From: Nemertoderma westbladi
Lineage: Eukaryota; Animalia; Xenacoelomorpha
DNA: 48,955 nucleotides
Assembly (NCBI GenBank): GCA_032718475.1
Contig: JAUCBJ010007828.1
Location: 1-48,955 of the forward strand
Direction: 5' to 3'
The notes beneath the pieces are model-generated. The model worked only from the letters and a program-made list of their open reading frames with translations. It did no database searches and was not told the origin of the DNA. Both the position numbers and the translations under genes were made by a program. Of the stretch, positions 33,640 through 46,100 are shown in pieces. Numbering within the stretch: position 1 is the stretch's first letter; each line of letters begins with the position of its first letter.

Positions 33640-33690
33640 AGGTAGAATAAAACGTCTGTCCTTATCTGATCTGATCTGATCTGATCTGAC
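33640..33690 (+). repeat. Retroposon-like 3' end with AATAAA and (TCTGA)n tail; an inverted related end at ~37738-37774
   Basis: AAAACGTCTGTCCTTATCTGATCTGATCTG here and its reverse complement at 37738-37774. Confidence 0.55.
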
Positions 33691-34614
33691 AGCATCTGAT
33701 TCTATAACCAATCAGGAGAAAGAGATATAATATTTACCTAACTGTCTGTTAGGTAAATAGCCAATAGCTGAATAGGGGATCACGTTTCAGGTTGCCTGTT
33801 ACGTATCAGTATCATCATATGAAGTAGCAGTACAGGCATATCGGTATGCATCTAATGCACAAAGGCATGTTATTATTAAAAATGCGATATACAGTAGGAT
33901 GAAGGATGGTGGGTATGAAAGTTGTGTGATTGTCCCAGCAAAGATGGATAGTTTCCGATGTAAACAACTTTCGTAGATTTAGTTGGTGCTGAAACATTAA
34001 ACTTTTATTAAAAACAATACAGCATTTGCTGCAATATTTTTTTCGTAAATCTTTCTTGTTAATAGTTATCATTATTAATAGTTAAAGTTAATTATAATTA
34101 TAATAATTTATAATTAATATTATTAATTAAGTACGGTAATGATACTTATTAATATATTACATTTAAAATATTTATGAAATTTAACAATTTTATTAATTTT
34201 ACTATTTATTAAAGAATATGGGAAGGTGGATGGGAATGTGGGAATTTATAAACACTTATTACCTTCCAATTGAAGGAAAAGAGCAGTTTACAGCGGCTGT
34301 AATTTGTAACCAAAACAATAAACGATTTTGTTACCTACCAATTGAGGGAAAGGAGAATATGTTACCGTGGCGGCTTGTTTACACCCACCTTCTTACTAAC
34401 CGTCCGACTGACTGATCAATAGATCATCCCCCTCAAAAAATATAGGACATCGCGCACGCGCATAAAACACTTAATAAAGATAAATTTAATAAAAATTATC
34501 GACCAATAAAAAATCGACCGAAAAATGAAATCCTGGTATTCTTCACATTGGTGAAGAATACCAGACTTTATGCCGTTATATTTCACTTTGCAGTTACCCC
34601 CATGTGAAGAATAC

Positions 34615-37124
34615 CCCTAGTAGCACACCAACGTTCACCTCACGTTTAGAATAGTTCTAATAACGTGGTTAACGTTGTTCTGATAACGTTCTAGGTGCGT
34701 TCACTGTACACGTTCATCTAGGAAGGGATTTGTCCCGCTCAAAAAACGTTGATTCGACGTCATCTTATAAACGTTAGATATTCGTTCTAAAATGGTCCGT
34801 TCAACTAATTATTTACCGAACTCCTTTTGAACGGTTTAATATTGTTTTGAAAAGGTTCAATAATGGTTCCTTCAAACGTTCAAAACTGTTGGTTTGAACT
34901 GTGCTTGAACTAAAAGTGTAGTTCAAATATATAATTTCGAACGAATATTTAACCACTGCTAAATAGCTGTCAATCATTCACTATTAAATGATAATATGGC
35001 AAAATGCCCCTCCCCCCCCCCCCCCCCCCCTGGACAACTGACCACCGCTGTTAGTGCAACGATTTGTGTACTGCAGGACTGCAGCAAAAGTAAATCAACT
35101 GAACATGAAAACAAACATTTGCTTGTTGAAATAACACCACAAGTTTATATTGAATATTACCACACTACTTACTTTATCACAAATATACCGAATTTACCGA
35201 ACATGAGAAACATGGAAAGAAATATAACAAGAAGATAAATCAAATAGGAAATACATAATATATCATTAAGGTAAAAGTTAAATAGATAAGTCTAGAGTTA
35301 ATTATTACAGAGTGGGAGTACTGTATAATGATATCTTTCTCTGGGTAGCATTCCTTCGTTTTCTCCTGAATTTTGTAGCTAGTCGAATCCCCACACACAC
35401 TCCATCCATAATAAATAGCCTTTCCCAGCTGTAACAAAAATAAAATTTATTTAAAAATAAAAAAAATTAAAAGAAACATTTTATGCACTACTTTACTTCA
35501 AAAAAAGGAAGGAGCCGATTATATAATTATACCTAATGAATAGCATGTTGTATAAGTCACTTTTACTTCAAGTGATATACTGTTAGGCCTATACTTTTAT
35601 AAACTGTATACTCTTGCACAAATATGAAACCGAATCTTTCTAATGTGATGCTTATTTATACATACATATATACTATAAATATACATATAATATATATGCC
35701 GCCTCCGCTTTGCAGGACATTGCTTTCGCCGTGAGAACCAGTGAGTCTGTGCACAATCTTGCGATTTGACACCCCATGACTTCACCCAAGACGCCTCTTA
35801 AAGGACATTGGCTTTGGAGATGCTGATAATTATGGGGATAGGGAATTGCGGCGGTGGAATTTTGTATATAACCTGGCATATCATTCTTTGCATGCTGCTT
35901 CACAGTAAGCCAATTGAAGGTTGCATGGTGGTGGTGGTGGAACAAATTTTTGTTATAGATAGATAAATACTTACATACCGCATTATAAACTTGAGAGATT
36001 CAACCAAAATTTAAATATTTAATTTACCGCTGTGGCTTAAGCAGGCTGATCGGTAAATTGGATCAATTTAAAAAATTTATATTTATTCAATCATGTTTTT
36101 TTGCATTAATTTTATCTGTTTATTACAACAATCTTCGAATTAAATTACATGCAGTACCGTTCATGTGATATATTAAATTATATATTTTAAAGCTAATAAC
36201 TCTAACTGTCTAAAGTTCTGTCATATATTCGACTAGAAATAAAATTATTAACTAATAATTAAATTGTAAATAATTACCTTTAATCTCTTTGATGGATGGC
36301 GGCCCTTTATTATTGGTCCCGATACGGTTGAAAAGCATCACAAGATTGACCTCGATCTTCGCACTGTTCGCCTATTGAATGTATGTACCCCATGACGTAT
36401 GTACCCCATGCCGTCATAAAAATATACAGGAAATAATTGAGACGCAACAAAAATTAATTTAAATTACAGTTATACAATGCAGTATGTTGTATTACACACC
36501 GTTATACAGTACCTACTACTGTATACTTTGCTCCTGAGTTCTGTATGAACCAATATACCACTATTTTTACATCATTCAGTACTTGGGCAGTTCCAGTATT
36601 GCCTGTAATTGGATGATTCATCACAGACACTGGTTCCCATAGCGTGGGAAAGTTTGTCGTTCAGATAATTATTATTTTGAACGGAAAATGTTTAGTATTG
36701 AACCGCTATTGAACTACGGTTATGAAAAACATAGTTTGGACATTTTTTGAACGACAATTTTAAAAATATCTGAACTGAAATTGAACTGGTTAATTTTTAT
36801 TGGATAATAAACAATATTGAAACGTTCACAATAGAAAACGGAAATATAACTTGCCATTTACAAATCGTTACTTTTCAGTTTCTGAACTCAAATTGAACTG
36901 GTTATTGCTTTGGACGCCATTCAAACGTCCAAGAACATTAACGGGAAATTAACTGATACCATTAATGAACGTTACTTTTCAGTTGAAACACCAACACCAT
37001 TTAGGCGTTATTATATGGAGACTAATTTAGAACGTTGAAATCTGGTACAGTATGTGCGACGTTTATGGAGTGGACATGTTCTCAACGTCGAAAAGCTGTG
37101 TGTGAACGTTATGTGCTACTAGGG
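34615..37124. mobile_element. Non-autonomous EnSpm/CACTA-like element (CCC termini, 2-bp TSD AC)
   Basis: TIR CCCTAGTAGCACA / TGTGCTACTAGGG; many AACGTT subterminal motifs. Removing it restores GAAGAATACCAG, a motif also seen intact nearby (~34553-34564). Confidence 0.78.
35698..35885 (+). pseudogene. Decayed short 3' fragment of RTE family A
   Basis: CGCCTCCGCTTTGCAGGACATTGCTTTCGCCGTGAG matches 21403-21438, then diverges. Confidence 0.75.
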
Positions 37125-37540
37125 ACCAGGTTTTCACCAAAAATGCAGGTTACAGAAGGGCTGAATATAACCAAAACAATAAAGGAATTAGTATATTTAC
37201 AGGTTATAAGACATAAATAAGCTCTATAATACACTCAATAAAGATAAATTAAAAAATAATTAAAATCTTCAAATATAAAATTCCAATAAAAGTCGACCGA
37301 AAAGTGAAATCCTGGTATTCTTTACATGGGCGGTATTCTTCACATGGACCGACACCAAAATTTGGCACCAGCCGCTAAAAACAAATTTAAAATTTCTAGC
37401 TTATTTTATTTGAATTCCTTTTAGTTCGTTTCAGTTAGTCTTTTAGTTAGTATCGTTAGTTTCAGAGCGGGAAGTATTATATTGACCCCCCCCCCCCCCC
37501 CCCCGGGTTTAAGGGGAATACCGGGGAAACTTCACATGGT

Positions 37541-37701
37541 CCAGTACTCATTTAGCTACCATTTAAGGATGCAAGGCAGAGATGCCTCGCTAAACCCTTC
37601 AAAACATTCGTGCCGAAAAGAAAACTACCTTGGCCCCATGCCGGGGTTGAACCCACAACCTCTGAGAGATGTGAATTGAATATAACCACTACACCAAGGT
37701 G
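37541..37701 (-). mobile_element. tRNA-derived SINE, copy 1
   Basis: Minus strand A box TGGTGTAGTGG and B box GGTTCAACCC, followed by a body shared with 40461-40624. Confidence 0.75.
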
Positions 37702-37800
37702 CACTCTGAACCAAGGTGGAACAAGTGTCAGATACCGTCAGATCAGATCAGATCAGATAAGGACAGACGTTTTAGCCATCCTACACATACAGTGATACAG

Positions 37801-40304
37801 ACATATGCGGACCCGTGATTTTATATTTTTTTTGTGAATTTAGCGGCGCTCAAATGAAACTGATTTGTTTTTTATTAATTCAATTGACATTTTACCGGTG
37901 CTCAAGCAGTCAAGCGAAATCAAGAAGATTTTATAATTAATGCCGTAATGGAAAGGAGCAAGTTACAGTGGCGAGCTTTTCTAACCAAAACAATAAACGA
38001 TAACTCAAGAACATACCGACATATAAAACACATAGAATGGTGCTAATTGACCTGCGTAAAGCATTTGATTGCGTAGATCACCAAACTGTAATCCAAAAGC
38101 TTGGGGCTATGGGGGCCACTCAGAGTACCAGCAATTGGTTCTCATCTTATCTGTCTGATAGAGAGCAATGTGTCGCCATAGGTGAAATGCGCTGAAGCTG
38201 TATAACTAACGATAATGGGGTTCCCCAGGGTTCAATTCTGGGTGTCTTGCTTTATATCCGTGATACAAATTACTTTCCCCAAGTTCAGAAGTTATCGAAG
38301 ATGAAACAATAGCACCCCACCCATATTTGCCGACGACACAGGCCTAGCCTACAGCAATACATGCTCCGAAAGCATATTTACCTCTCTGAGTAATACCATG
38401 GACCGGGTCTCCCAATGGTGCACCGAGCACAAACTCTCCATAAACTTCGACAAAACGGAATGTATCCTTTTCGGGACCCACCAACGACTTTCTACTGCAT
38501 CAGAGTTGGAAGTCTATTGCAGTGGGAAACGCATATCAAACCGGAAATGCGTCATAATAGAACAGAAATAAATCAACGGTGAGGTGAGGAAATGGCAATT
38601 GAAATATTAAAAAGAGGCAACACCAGACTGAAGTTTCCCCATCGAAATGCCCAGATTTTCGTCCGATCCATTCGCAGAATGCTTTGTAACTCTCTTATTC
38701 AGCTCGACTATGCAGCCTCTACGTGGTTTTTCACTATTTCAGCCAGACTTCGCCAGCAGCTCGACGCCCTCCAGCGGAAGTGCTTTCGATTCTGCTTGGG
38801 CCTCGGACCCAGAGCGCACATTGGATTGAGACTGCCCATTACGTGGACATTAACTGGCTTCCTGTACAACAACGTCTCGAGGCTTTTATCCTTTCCTAGA
38901 TGTATAAGGTAAAACACGGTCAAGCACCTCAGTACCTAATCGATCTTATACACTTCCGCGAGTCCACCTACTGTCTGCGATCAACCAACAAACCAACCTC
39001 GGTCCCTCAGAGAAATTCGTTATACGGCCAGAATACGTTTAGCTTCCTCGGTCCAAAGCTGTGGAATAACTCCCACCCACCATCACAGACTCAACCTCTT
39101 TAGTTGTTTTCAAACATAACGTTGGTTAAGATATACTACCTAGAAAAATTAACCAACTATTCAATGTCGGCATTCATCTACTAACTTGTAATATATACTT
39201 TTATTTTTATCCAAATCGTATAAAACTTTTAATAAGCGAACACACCTTCTTTAAATAAAATCTCAATTTAAAGCCCGAGCTTTTAAAAACTTGTTGTTAA
39301 TTCCGACTTTTTAATAAACACTTAAAACATCTACTTTTTATACCTAATTAATTAAATACAATTTTTTTTTAATTTTTACATTAATCTACTGTAGCACACC
39401 TTATTTCGTATAATTTATATTTATATTTTTAATTCAGTCTCAGTCAATAAGTTTACTTACTACCCCCAGAATACACCAATTACTATTAGGTGAGACCCTT
39501 ATGGAAACGCGGTTTACCGCATAAGGATATCCCTCAGGTGCAGCTGTATTTTTTGCCAATATAATATTTATTTATACTTAAAAATATTTTTATTTTAGAG
39601 TGATTACGTTCGGTCTGTCACCCAGATTTTCAGAGTCAGTAATTTTTAATTTATTAACAATATATCTGTATATTTTTTAGGGGTCCGACAATTATTTTTT
39701 AGCAGTCTTTAAACTTTTTTAGATTTTTTTAGCATGCTTATTTTATTTAATTTGACTTTATCCCACAGCCACACCACCAGGATCTTATTTACGGCTAATG
39801 AATGACCTACAGTAGTTAGTTATGTATTGTCTGTTGTATCCAATATATGTTTGTATCACCAGGAATTACTTCCTGTTCATGACATATCATTAACTTACAT
39901 ATTTCAATCTATATTACCGGTACCGTGTTAAATCATATGTTTAATTTGTTTTTAATGTTAATTTGGAAAATAAAATCAATCAATCAATCAATAGAAATGA
40001 GCCTTGGGGTTGCTCCTGGTGTTTGGTGTTTTCAATGTTCACTTTGCTTTCTTTACCTTTGAGTGACCATCAGACTGTCAGACCTTCCAAATTACAATAT
40101 TTTTTTTTCAGATCGATTTCAAAACTATACGCGAGACTAACAAATCGAAAATTTTAAACAAAATGAAAATAATTTAGCATTTGTGATTTTATTTATATAT
40201 GTCACTACAGTACCGGTACCAGTCTGCCAGTAACATATTTAGAAAAAAACGTCGGTTTGTTGTGCTGATTGCAAATCACATATTAATCACGGGTCCGCAT
40301 ATGT
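37801..40304. mobile_element. Non-autonomous TIR element (20-bp perfect TIR) containing a CR1/L2 insertion
   Basis: ACATATGCGGACCCGTGATT / AATCACGGGTCCGCATATGT; flanks GATACAG / GATAGAG (7 bp, 1 mismatch). Confidence 0.65.
38030..39992 (+). pseudogene. Decayed 5'-truncated CR1/L2-group LINE with (ATCA)n tail
   Basis: LIDLRKAFDCVDH (~38043), GVPQGSILG (~38217), FADDT (~38326), LDYAASTW, FSFLGPKLWN; AATAAAATCAATCAATCAATCAA at ~39969-39991. Confidence 0.88.
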
Positions 40305-40460
40305 GATAGAGCCACCGTCAGTAATATTTGTTGCCTGATTGTAAAGTAAAAGTAAAAATAGAGTGCATTTTCTTCGGCGGCTAGGCCAGGGATTGCGCAC
40401 AAAGTCTGACGACTTATTTCCAGTGCGGTCCCCCCAGAACTTTACTCCCCAGAGGAAACT

Positions 40461-40624
40461 CCAGTACTCATTTAGCTACCGCTTAGGGATGCAAGGCAGA
40501 GATGCGCTCTGGCTGGTCCCTTTAAAGCATTCGTGCCGAAACGAAAACTGCCCTGGTCCATGTGAGGATCGAACCCACGACCTACGGGAGATGTGAATTT
40601 AATGCAACCGCTACACCAAGGTGG
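40461..40624 (-). mobile_element. tRNA-derived SINE, copy 2
   Basis: A box TGGTGTAGCGG, B box GGTTCGATCC; homologous to 37541-37701. Confidence 0.75.
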
Positions 40625-41933
40625 AACCTTGATTGAGTTCTCCTCGACCATATTTACTGGAATCGGGTGTTAATAATAATAAACTAAAGTTAAAAATCTT
40701 GTTAAAACTTAATCAGTTGAATAGCTACCTTTCGGGCAGTAATGCTGCCAAGATATTAATGATTGCTTTATTTATTTACAGAGCCCTTCTGCGACGTAAT
40801 CTCTTATTGGGTGAATTGTAATTTTGTCATACAGCAAGAGACTTCAATTTGCATTGCTTTGTGCTATTATGTAATTTGGGTGTATGTTAAAAGCCAACTA
40901 TAAGGCATTCATTTGCTATGGTTGTTGTTTTTAAATAATATATAAATATAATATAATATTTAAAAATAAAAAATAGTATGAATTAGAACTAAATGCCAAA
41001 GTGCCTTTTGGGAACTATTCCTATTCGTGTGACTTAACCACAGATTAAATTAAGTTATATTTATAACACTTAATAAGACAATTTTATACAGTAGATCTAT
41101 GTGTGTATTAATTATTTAATTTAGTTTACAACTCCCTTTTTCTTTCCACCCGTAAGTGCTTCCTAGACTGGGTTGTCTTCTCCTCCATACTACTTACTAA
41201 TCTACATATATTCTTATTTGCAATTTTAATTATCATTTTATTTTAAAAAGGAAGAGTGTTGATAAATTATTAAAATAAAATAGCAACAATACAAGTCCAA
41301 TATAATATCCATAAAACCAAAATTAAATATAAAAACTGCACCAGCATCCCACCACCAATCAGAACAAAACAATTAAGACAATAAAATTTCATACAATTAA
41401 AAATGGTGCACCGTGAATTAATAATGGTCTGCGAGGTCATTCCCCCGCAGACCCGCACCATCCCCAAAGCCCAGCGCCCTCCAGGGACGCCGGCCACCAC
41501 GCAAACAGAGGGAGTTGGAGCGGAGGAGCGCGAACTTATTTTATTAAAATAAAATAAGATTTTATTATTTTTTATTTATTATTTGTTTTTAATTCTAGTA
41601 ATTTTTTTATGTGGTGTTTTTGTTTATATTGTGTGGTGGTGGGTTTTCTATTTGTAAATTTTGTATTGTTTTGTTTTGAAAATTATATTATCATTTGGTA
41701 ATTTTTTTATTATTTATTATTATTTTTTAAGATTTTATTATTTTGATACAAATACATAGTTAATTGCAGTGGCTGGATTATAGAAAAGCCCTAAAATGGT
41801 ACAGTTGATACACCTGTCCTGTACGATAGTACGATATTAATTTTTATTTAGATGTGATTCATTATGTACCGCGTACCGGTACTTAACTTATAAGCTTTAT
41901 AGTATTACAGTATTATAATGGTGATATAAAATT

Positions 41934-43157
41934 ATGATGGCGGCGACAGAGTTCGAAGAAATGACTATTGCGCAGAGAATCAAACTGTACGAGACTACAG
42001 CGCAACGAGGTTCTACTCCGGCCAGCGCGAAGGAACGCGTCCCCCCCTTGGGATCGGACGACCCCGCATCGACCCCGGGGGACTTCCGGACGCCCAGGGC
42101 CAGGATGCCATCCTCCTCGTCCGAGGGGGACTATCGAACCCCCAGGGGGCACAGCAAGTCCGCTTCGTCGGAGGGGGAAATATTCTCCCCGTTCACGCCG
42201 CCTAACAAACAAACTCCTTCCGGCTTCTACAGAGCAAATTATTCCAACTCCACCAGCACCGCGGCCAATCACAACTCAACGTTGCCAGGTAACAAGATTT
42301 CTTCCACCAATGGGCGCGCCGCTGGTGATCACGAATCCAGATATCCATCCTCCCCCGGTTATAAACGTGTTTCCGATGTAACCACGGTGTTTCACTCGCG
42401 ACATTCGTCCGACAATGTCTCCACACCCAACCATTCCGATTCATTCTCTACTCCCATCGAAGGCTCCCGCTCATCCGCTCCCGGGGGCGGCTCCCCGGCT
42501 TCCGCCGTAGACGAAACGCCACCATTCTCCAACGCGCTCCAATTCTTCGCTAAACTCGATTCCCCGTCCACCGAGGAGGAGCGGCCGGTGAGCGTGCGTC
42601 GCCCGAGCGGCGGTTTGAACTGGAGCGAACGGCGTCTCTCGTCGTCCGGGGAATCGCGACGCGATTCCGCACGGCCGTCGGACCCGTCGGCTACACGCGT
42701 CGGACGCCAACCCACGATCGGCTCCGTTCTCCTCGCAACCTCCTTCGCCGATTCTCCCCACCGCGGTGCCGCTAGTCGTGGCGAGGATTCCCGTTGGCGT
42801 TCCTACGAGAACCGCTCGGGAGGAAGTCGCGCCACCTATATAACCGACTCGTCGGACAACCGTCGGACTGAGAGTACCGACAGTCGGGTAAAAGGTTCCG
42901 ACGCTCCTCTACTAGGCTCTACTAGTCGGACCGGGACAGTAGAGACGGACACGATGGGTGACACGATATCGCAGTACCTTCCCCCCGATATCCGAGCCGC
43001 CGTAACGCGAGCCACGCAGTCCCCAGTTCAACACGCCGCTCCGCATTCTTCTTCTACGGCCACTGGCTCTGGCGTCGTCGATAACGCGGTGACGTACAGC
43101 GGTGCTACAGCGGTCAATGCGGTGCAATCAACGGAAGTTGGGGTGTACCACGTGCGG
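41934..43157 (+). CDS. Probable host coding exon, S/P/R/T-rich intrinsically disordered protein; product unknown
   Basis: 408 open codons in a sharply GC-rich block within AT-rich DNA; starts ATG ATG GCG; ends at CGG|GTGAGT (phase-0 donor consensus). No recognisable domain. Confidence 0.55.
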
Positions 43158-46100
43158 GTGAGTATTAGTACGGGGTTGTTGGGGTGTACCACGTGCGGGT
43201 GAGTATTAGTACGGGGTTGTTGGGGTGTAGTGTACCACGTGGGGGTGGTGCGGTGTTGTTGGGGTGTACCACGTGGGGGTGAGAATAGTACGGGGTTGTT
43301 GGCGTGTACCACGTGCGGATGAGTAGAGTGCGGGGTTGTTGACGTGTACCACGTGCGGATGAGTACGGGGTTGTTGGGGTGTAGCACGTGCGGTTGAGTA
43401 GAGTGCGGGGTTGTTGGGATGTACCACGTGCGGGTGAGTAGAGTGCGGGGTTGTTGGCGTGTACCACGTGCGGATGAGTAGAGTGCGGGGTTGTTGGGGT
43501 GTACCACGTGCGGGTGAGTAGAGTGCGGGGTTGTTGGCGTGTACCACGTGCGGATGAGTAGAGTGCGGGGTTGTTGGCTTGGCGTGTACCACGTGCGGAT
43601 GAGTAGAGTGCGGGGTTGTTGGGGTGTACCACGTGCGGGTGAGTAGAGTACGGGGTTGTTGGGGTGTACCACGTGCGGGTGAGTACGGGGTTGTTGGCGT
43701 GTACCACGTGCGGATGAGTAGAGTGCGGGGTTGTTGGGGTGTACCACGTGCGGATGAGTAGAGTGCGGGGTTGTTGGCGCGTACCACGTGCGGGTGAGTA
43801 CGGGGTTGTTGGGGTGTACCACGTGCGGATGAGTAGAGTGCGGGGTTGTTGGGGTGTACCACGTGCGGATGAGTAGAGTGCGGGGTTGTTGGTGTGTACC
43901 ACGTGCGGGTGAGTAGAGTGCGGGGTTGTTGGCGTGTACCACGTGCGGATGAGTAGAGTGCGGGGTTGTTGGGGTGTACCACGTGCGGGTGAGTAGAGTG
44001 CGGGGTTGTTGGCGTGTACTCCACGTGCGGATGAGTAGAGTGCGGGGTTGTTGGCTTGGCGTGTACCACGTGCGGATGAGTAGAGTGCGGGGTTGTTGGG
44101 GTGTACCACGTGCGGGTGAGTAGAGTACGGGGTTGTTGGGGTGTACCACGTGCGGGTGAGTACGGGGTTGTTGGCGTGTACCACGTGCGGATGAGTAGAG
44201 TGCGGGGTTGTTGGGGTGTACCACGTGCGGATGAGTAGAGTGCGGGGTTGTTGGCGCGTACCACGTGCGGGTGAGTACGGGGTTGTTGGGGTGTACCACG
44301 TGCGGATGAGTAGAGTGCGGGGTTGTTGGGGTGTACCACGTGCGGATGAGTAGAGTGCGGGGTTGTTGGTGTGTACCACGTGCGGGTGAGTAGAGTGCGG
44401 GGTTGTTGGCGTGTACCACGTGCGGGTGAGTAGAGTGCGGGGTTGTTGGCGTGTACCACGTGCGGATGAGTAGAGTGCGGGGTTGTTGGGGTGTACCACG
44501 TGCGGGTGAGTAGAGTGCGGGGTTGTTGGGGTGTACAATGTGCGGATGAGTAGAGTGCGGGGTTGTTGGCGTGTACCACGTGCGGATGAGTAGAGTGCGG
44601 GGTTGTTGGCGTGTACCACGTGCGGATGAGTAGAGTGCGGGGTTGTTGGGGTGTACCACGTGCGGGTGAGTAGAGTGCGGGGTTGTTGGCGTGTACAACG
44701 TGCGGGTGAGTAGAGTGCGGGGTTGTTGGCGTGTACAACGTGCGGATGAGTAGAGTGCGGGGTTGTTGACGTGTACCACGTGCGGATGAGTAGAGTGCGG
44801 GGTTGTTGGGGTGTACCACGTGCGGGTGAGTACGGGGTTGTTGGGGTGTACCACGTGCGGGTGAGTACGGGGTTGTTGGCGTGTACCACGTGCGGGTGAG
44901 TACGGTGTTGTTGGGGTGTACCACGTGCGGGTGAGTATTAGTACGGGGTTGTTGGGGTGTACCACGTGCGGGTGAGTATAGTAGGGGGTTGTTGGGGTGT
45001 ACCACGTGCGGGTGAGTAGAGTGCGGGGTTGTTGGCGTGTACAACGTGCGGGTGAGTAGAGTGCGGGGTTGTTGGGGTGTACCACGTGCGGGTGAGTATT
45101 ACTACGGGGTTGTTGGGGTGTACCACGTGCGGGTGAGTATAGTAGGGGGTTGTTGGGGTGTACCACGTGCGGGTGAGTAGAGTGCGGGGTTGTTGGCGTG
45201 TACAACGTGCGGATGAGTAGAGTGCGGGGTTGTTGACGTGTACCACGTGCGGATGAGTAGAGTGCGGGGTTGTTGGGGTGTACCACGTGCGGGTGAGTAC
45301 GGGGTTGTTGGGGTGTACCACGTGCGGGTGAGTACGGTGTTGTTGGGGTGTACCACGTGCGGGTGAGTATTAGTACGGGGTTGTTGGGGTGTACCACGTG
45401 CGGGTGAGTATAGTAGGGGGTTGTTGGGGTGTACCACGTGCGGATGAGTAGAGTGCGGGGTTGTTGGCGTGTACCACGTGCGGATGAGTAGAGTGCGGAG
45501 TTGTTGGGGTGTACCACGTGCGGATGAGTAGAGTGCGGGGTTGTTGGGGTGTACCACGTGCGGGTGAGTAGAGTGCGGGGTTGTTGGCGTGTACAACGTG
45601 CGGATGAGTAGAGTGCGGGGTTGTTGGGGTGTAGCCTACCACGTGCGGGTGAGTAGAGTGCGGGGTTGTTGGTGTGTACCATGTGCGGGTGAGTACGGGG
45701 TTGTTGGGGTGTACCACGTGCGGGTGAGTAGAGTGCGGGGTTGTTGGTGTGTACCATGTGCGGGTGAGTACGGGGTTGTTGGGGTGTACCACGTGCGGGT
45801 GAGTTGAGTGCGGGGTTGTTGGGGTGTACCACGTGCGGATGAGTAGAGTGCGGGGTTGTTGGCGTGTACCACGTGCGGGTGAGTAGAGTGCGGGGTTGTT
45901 GGCGTGTACAACGTGCGGATGAGTAGAGTGCGGGGTTGTTGGGGTGTACCACGTGCGGGTGAGTAGAGTGCGGGGTTGTTGGTGTGTACCACGTGCGGGT
46001 GAGTACGGGGTTGTTGGGGTGTACCACGTGCGGGTGAGTAGAGTGCGGGGTTGTTGGCGTGTACAACGTGCGGATGAGTAGAGTGCGGGGTTGTTGGGGT

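Noticed and set aside
37630-37701. tRNA gene (also ~40555-40624)
   Set aside because: A and B boxes are present but there is no complete cloverleaf, and both copies continue into a shared body, so they are SINE heads.
33640-37774. Inverted (TCTGA)n ends as TIRs of one 4-kb transposon
   Set aside because: They look like microsatellite tails of two independent retroposon ends; no TSD found.
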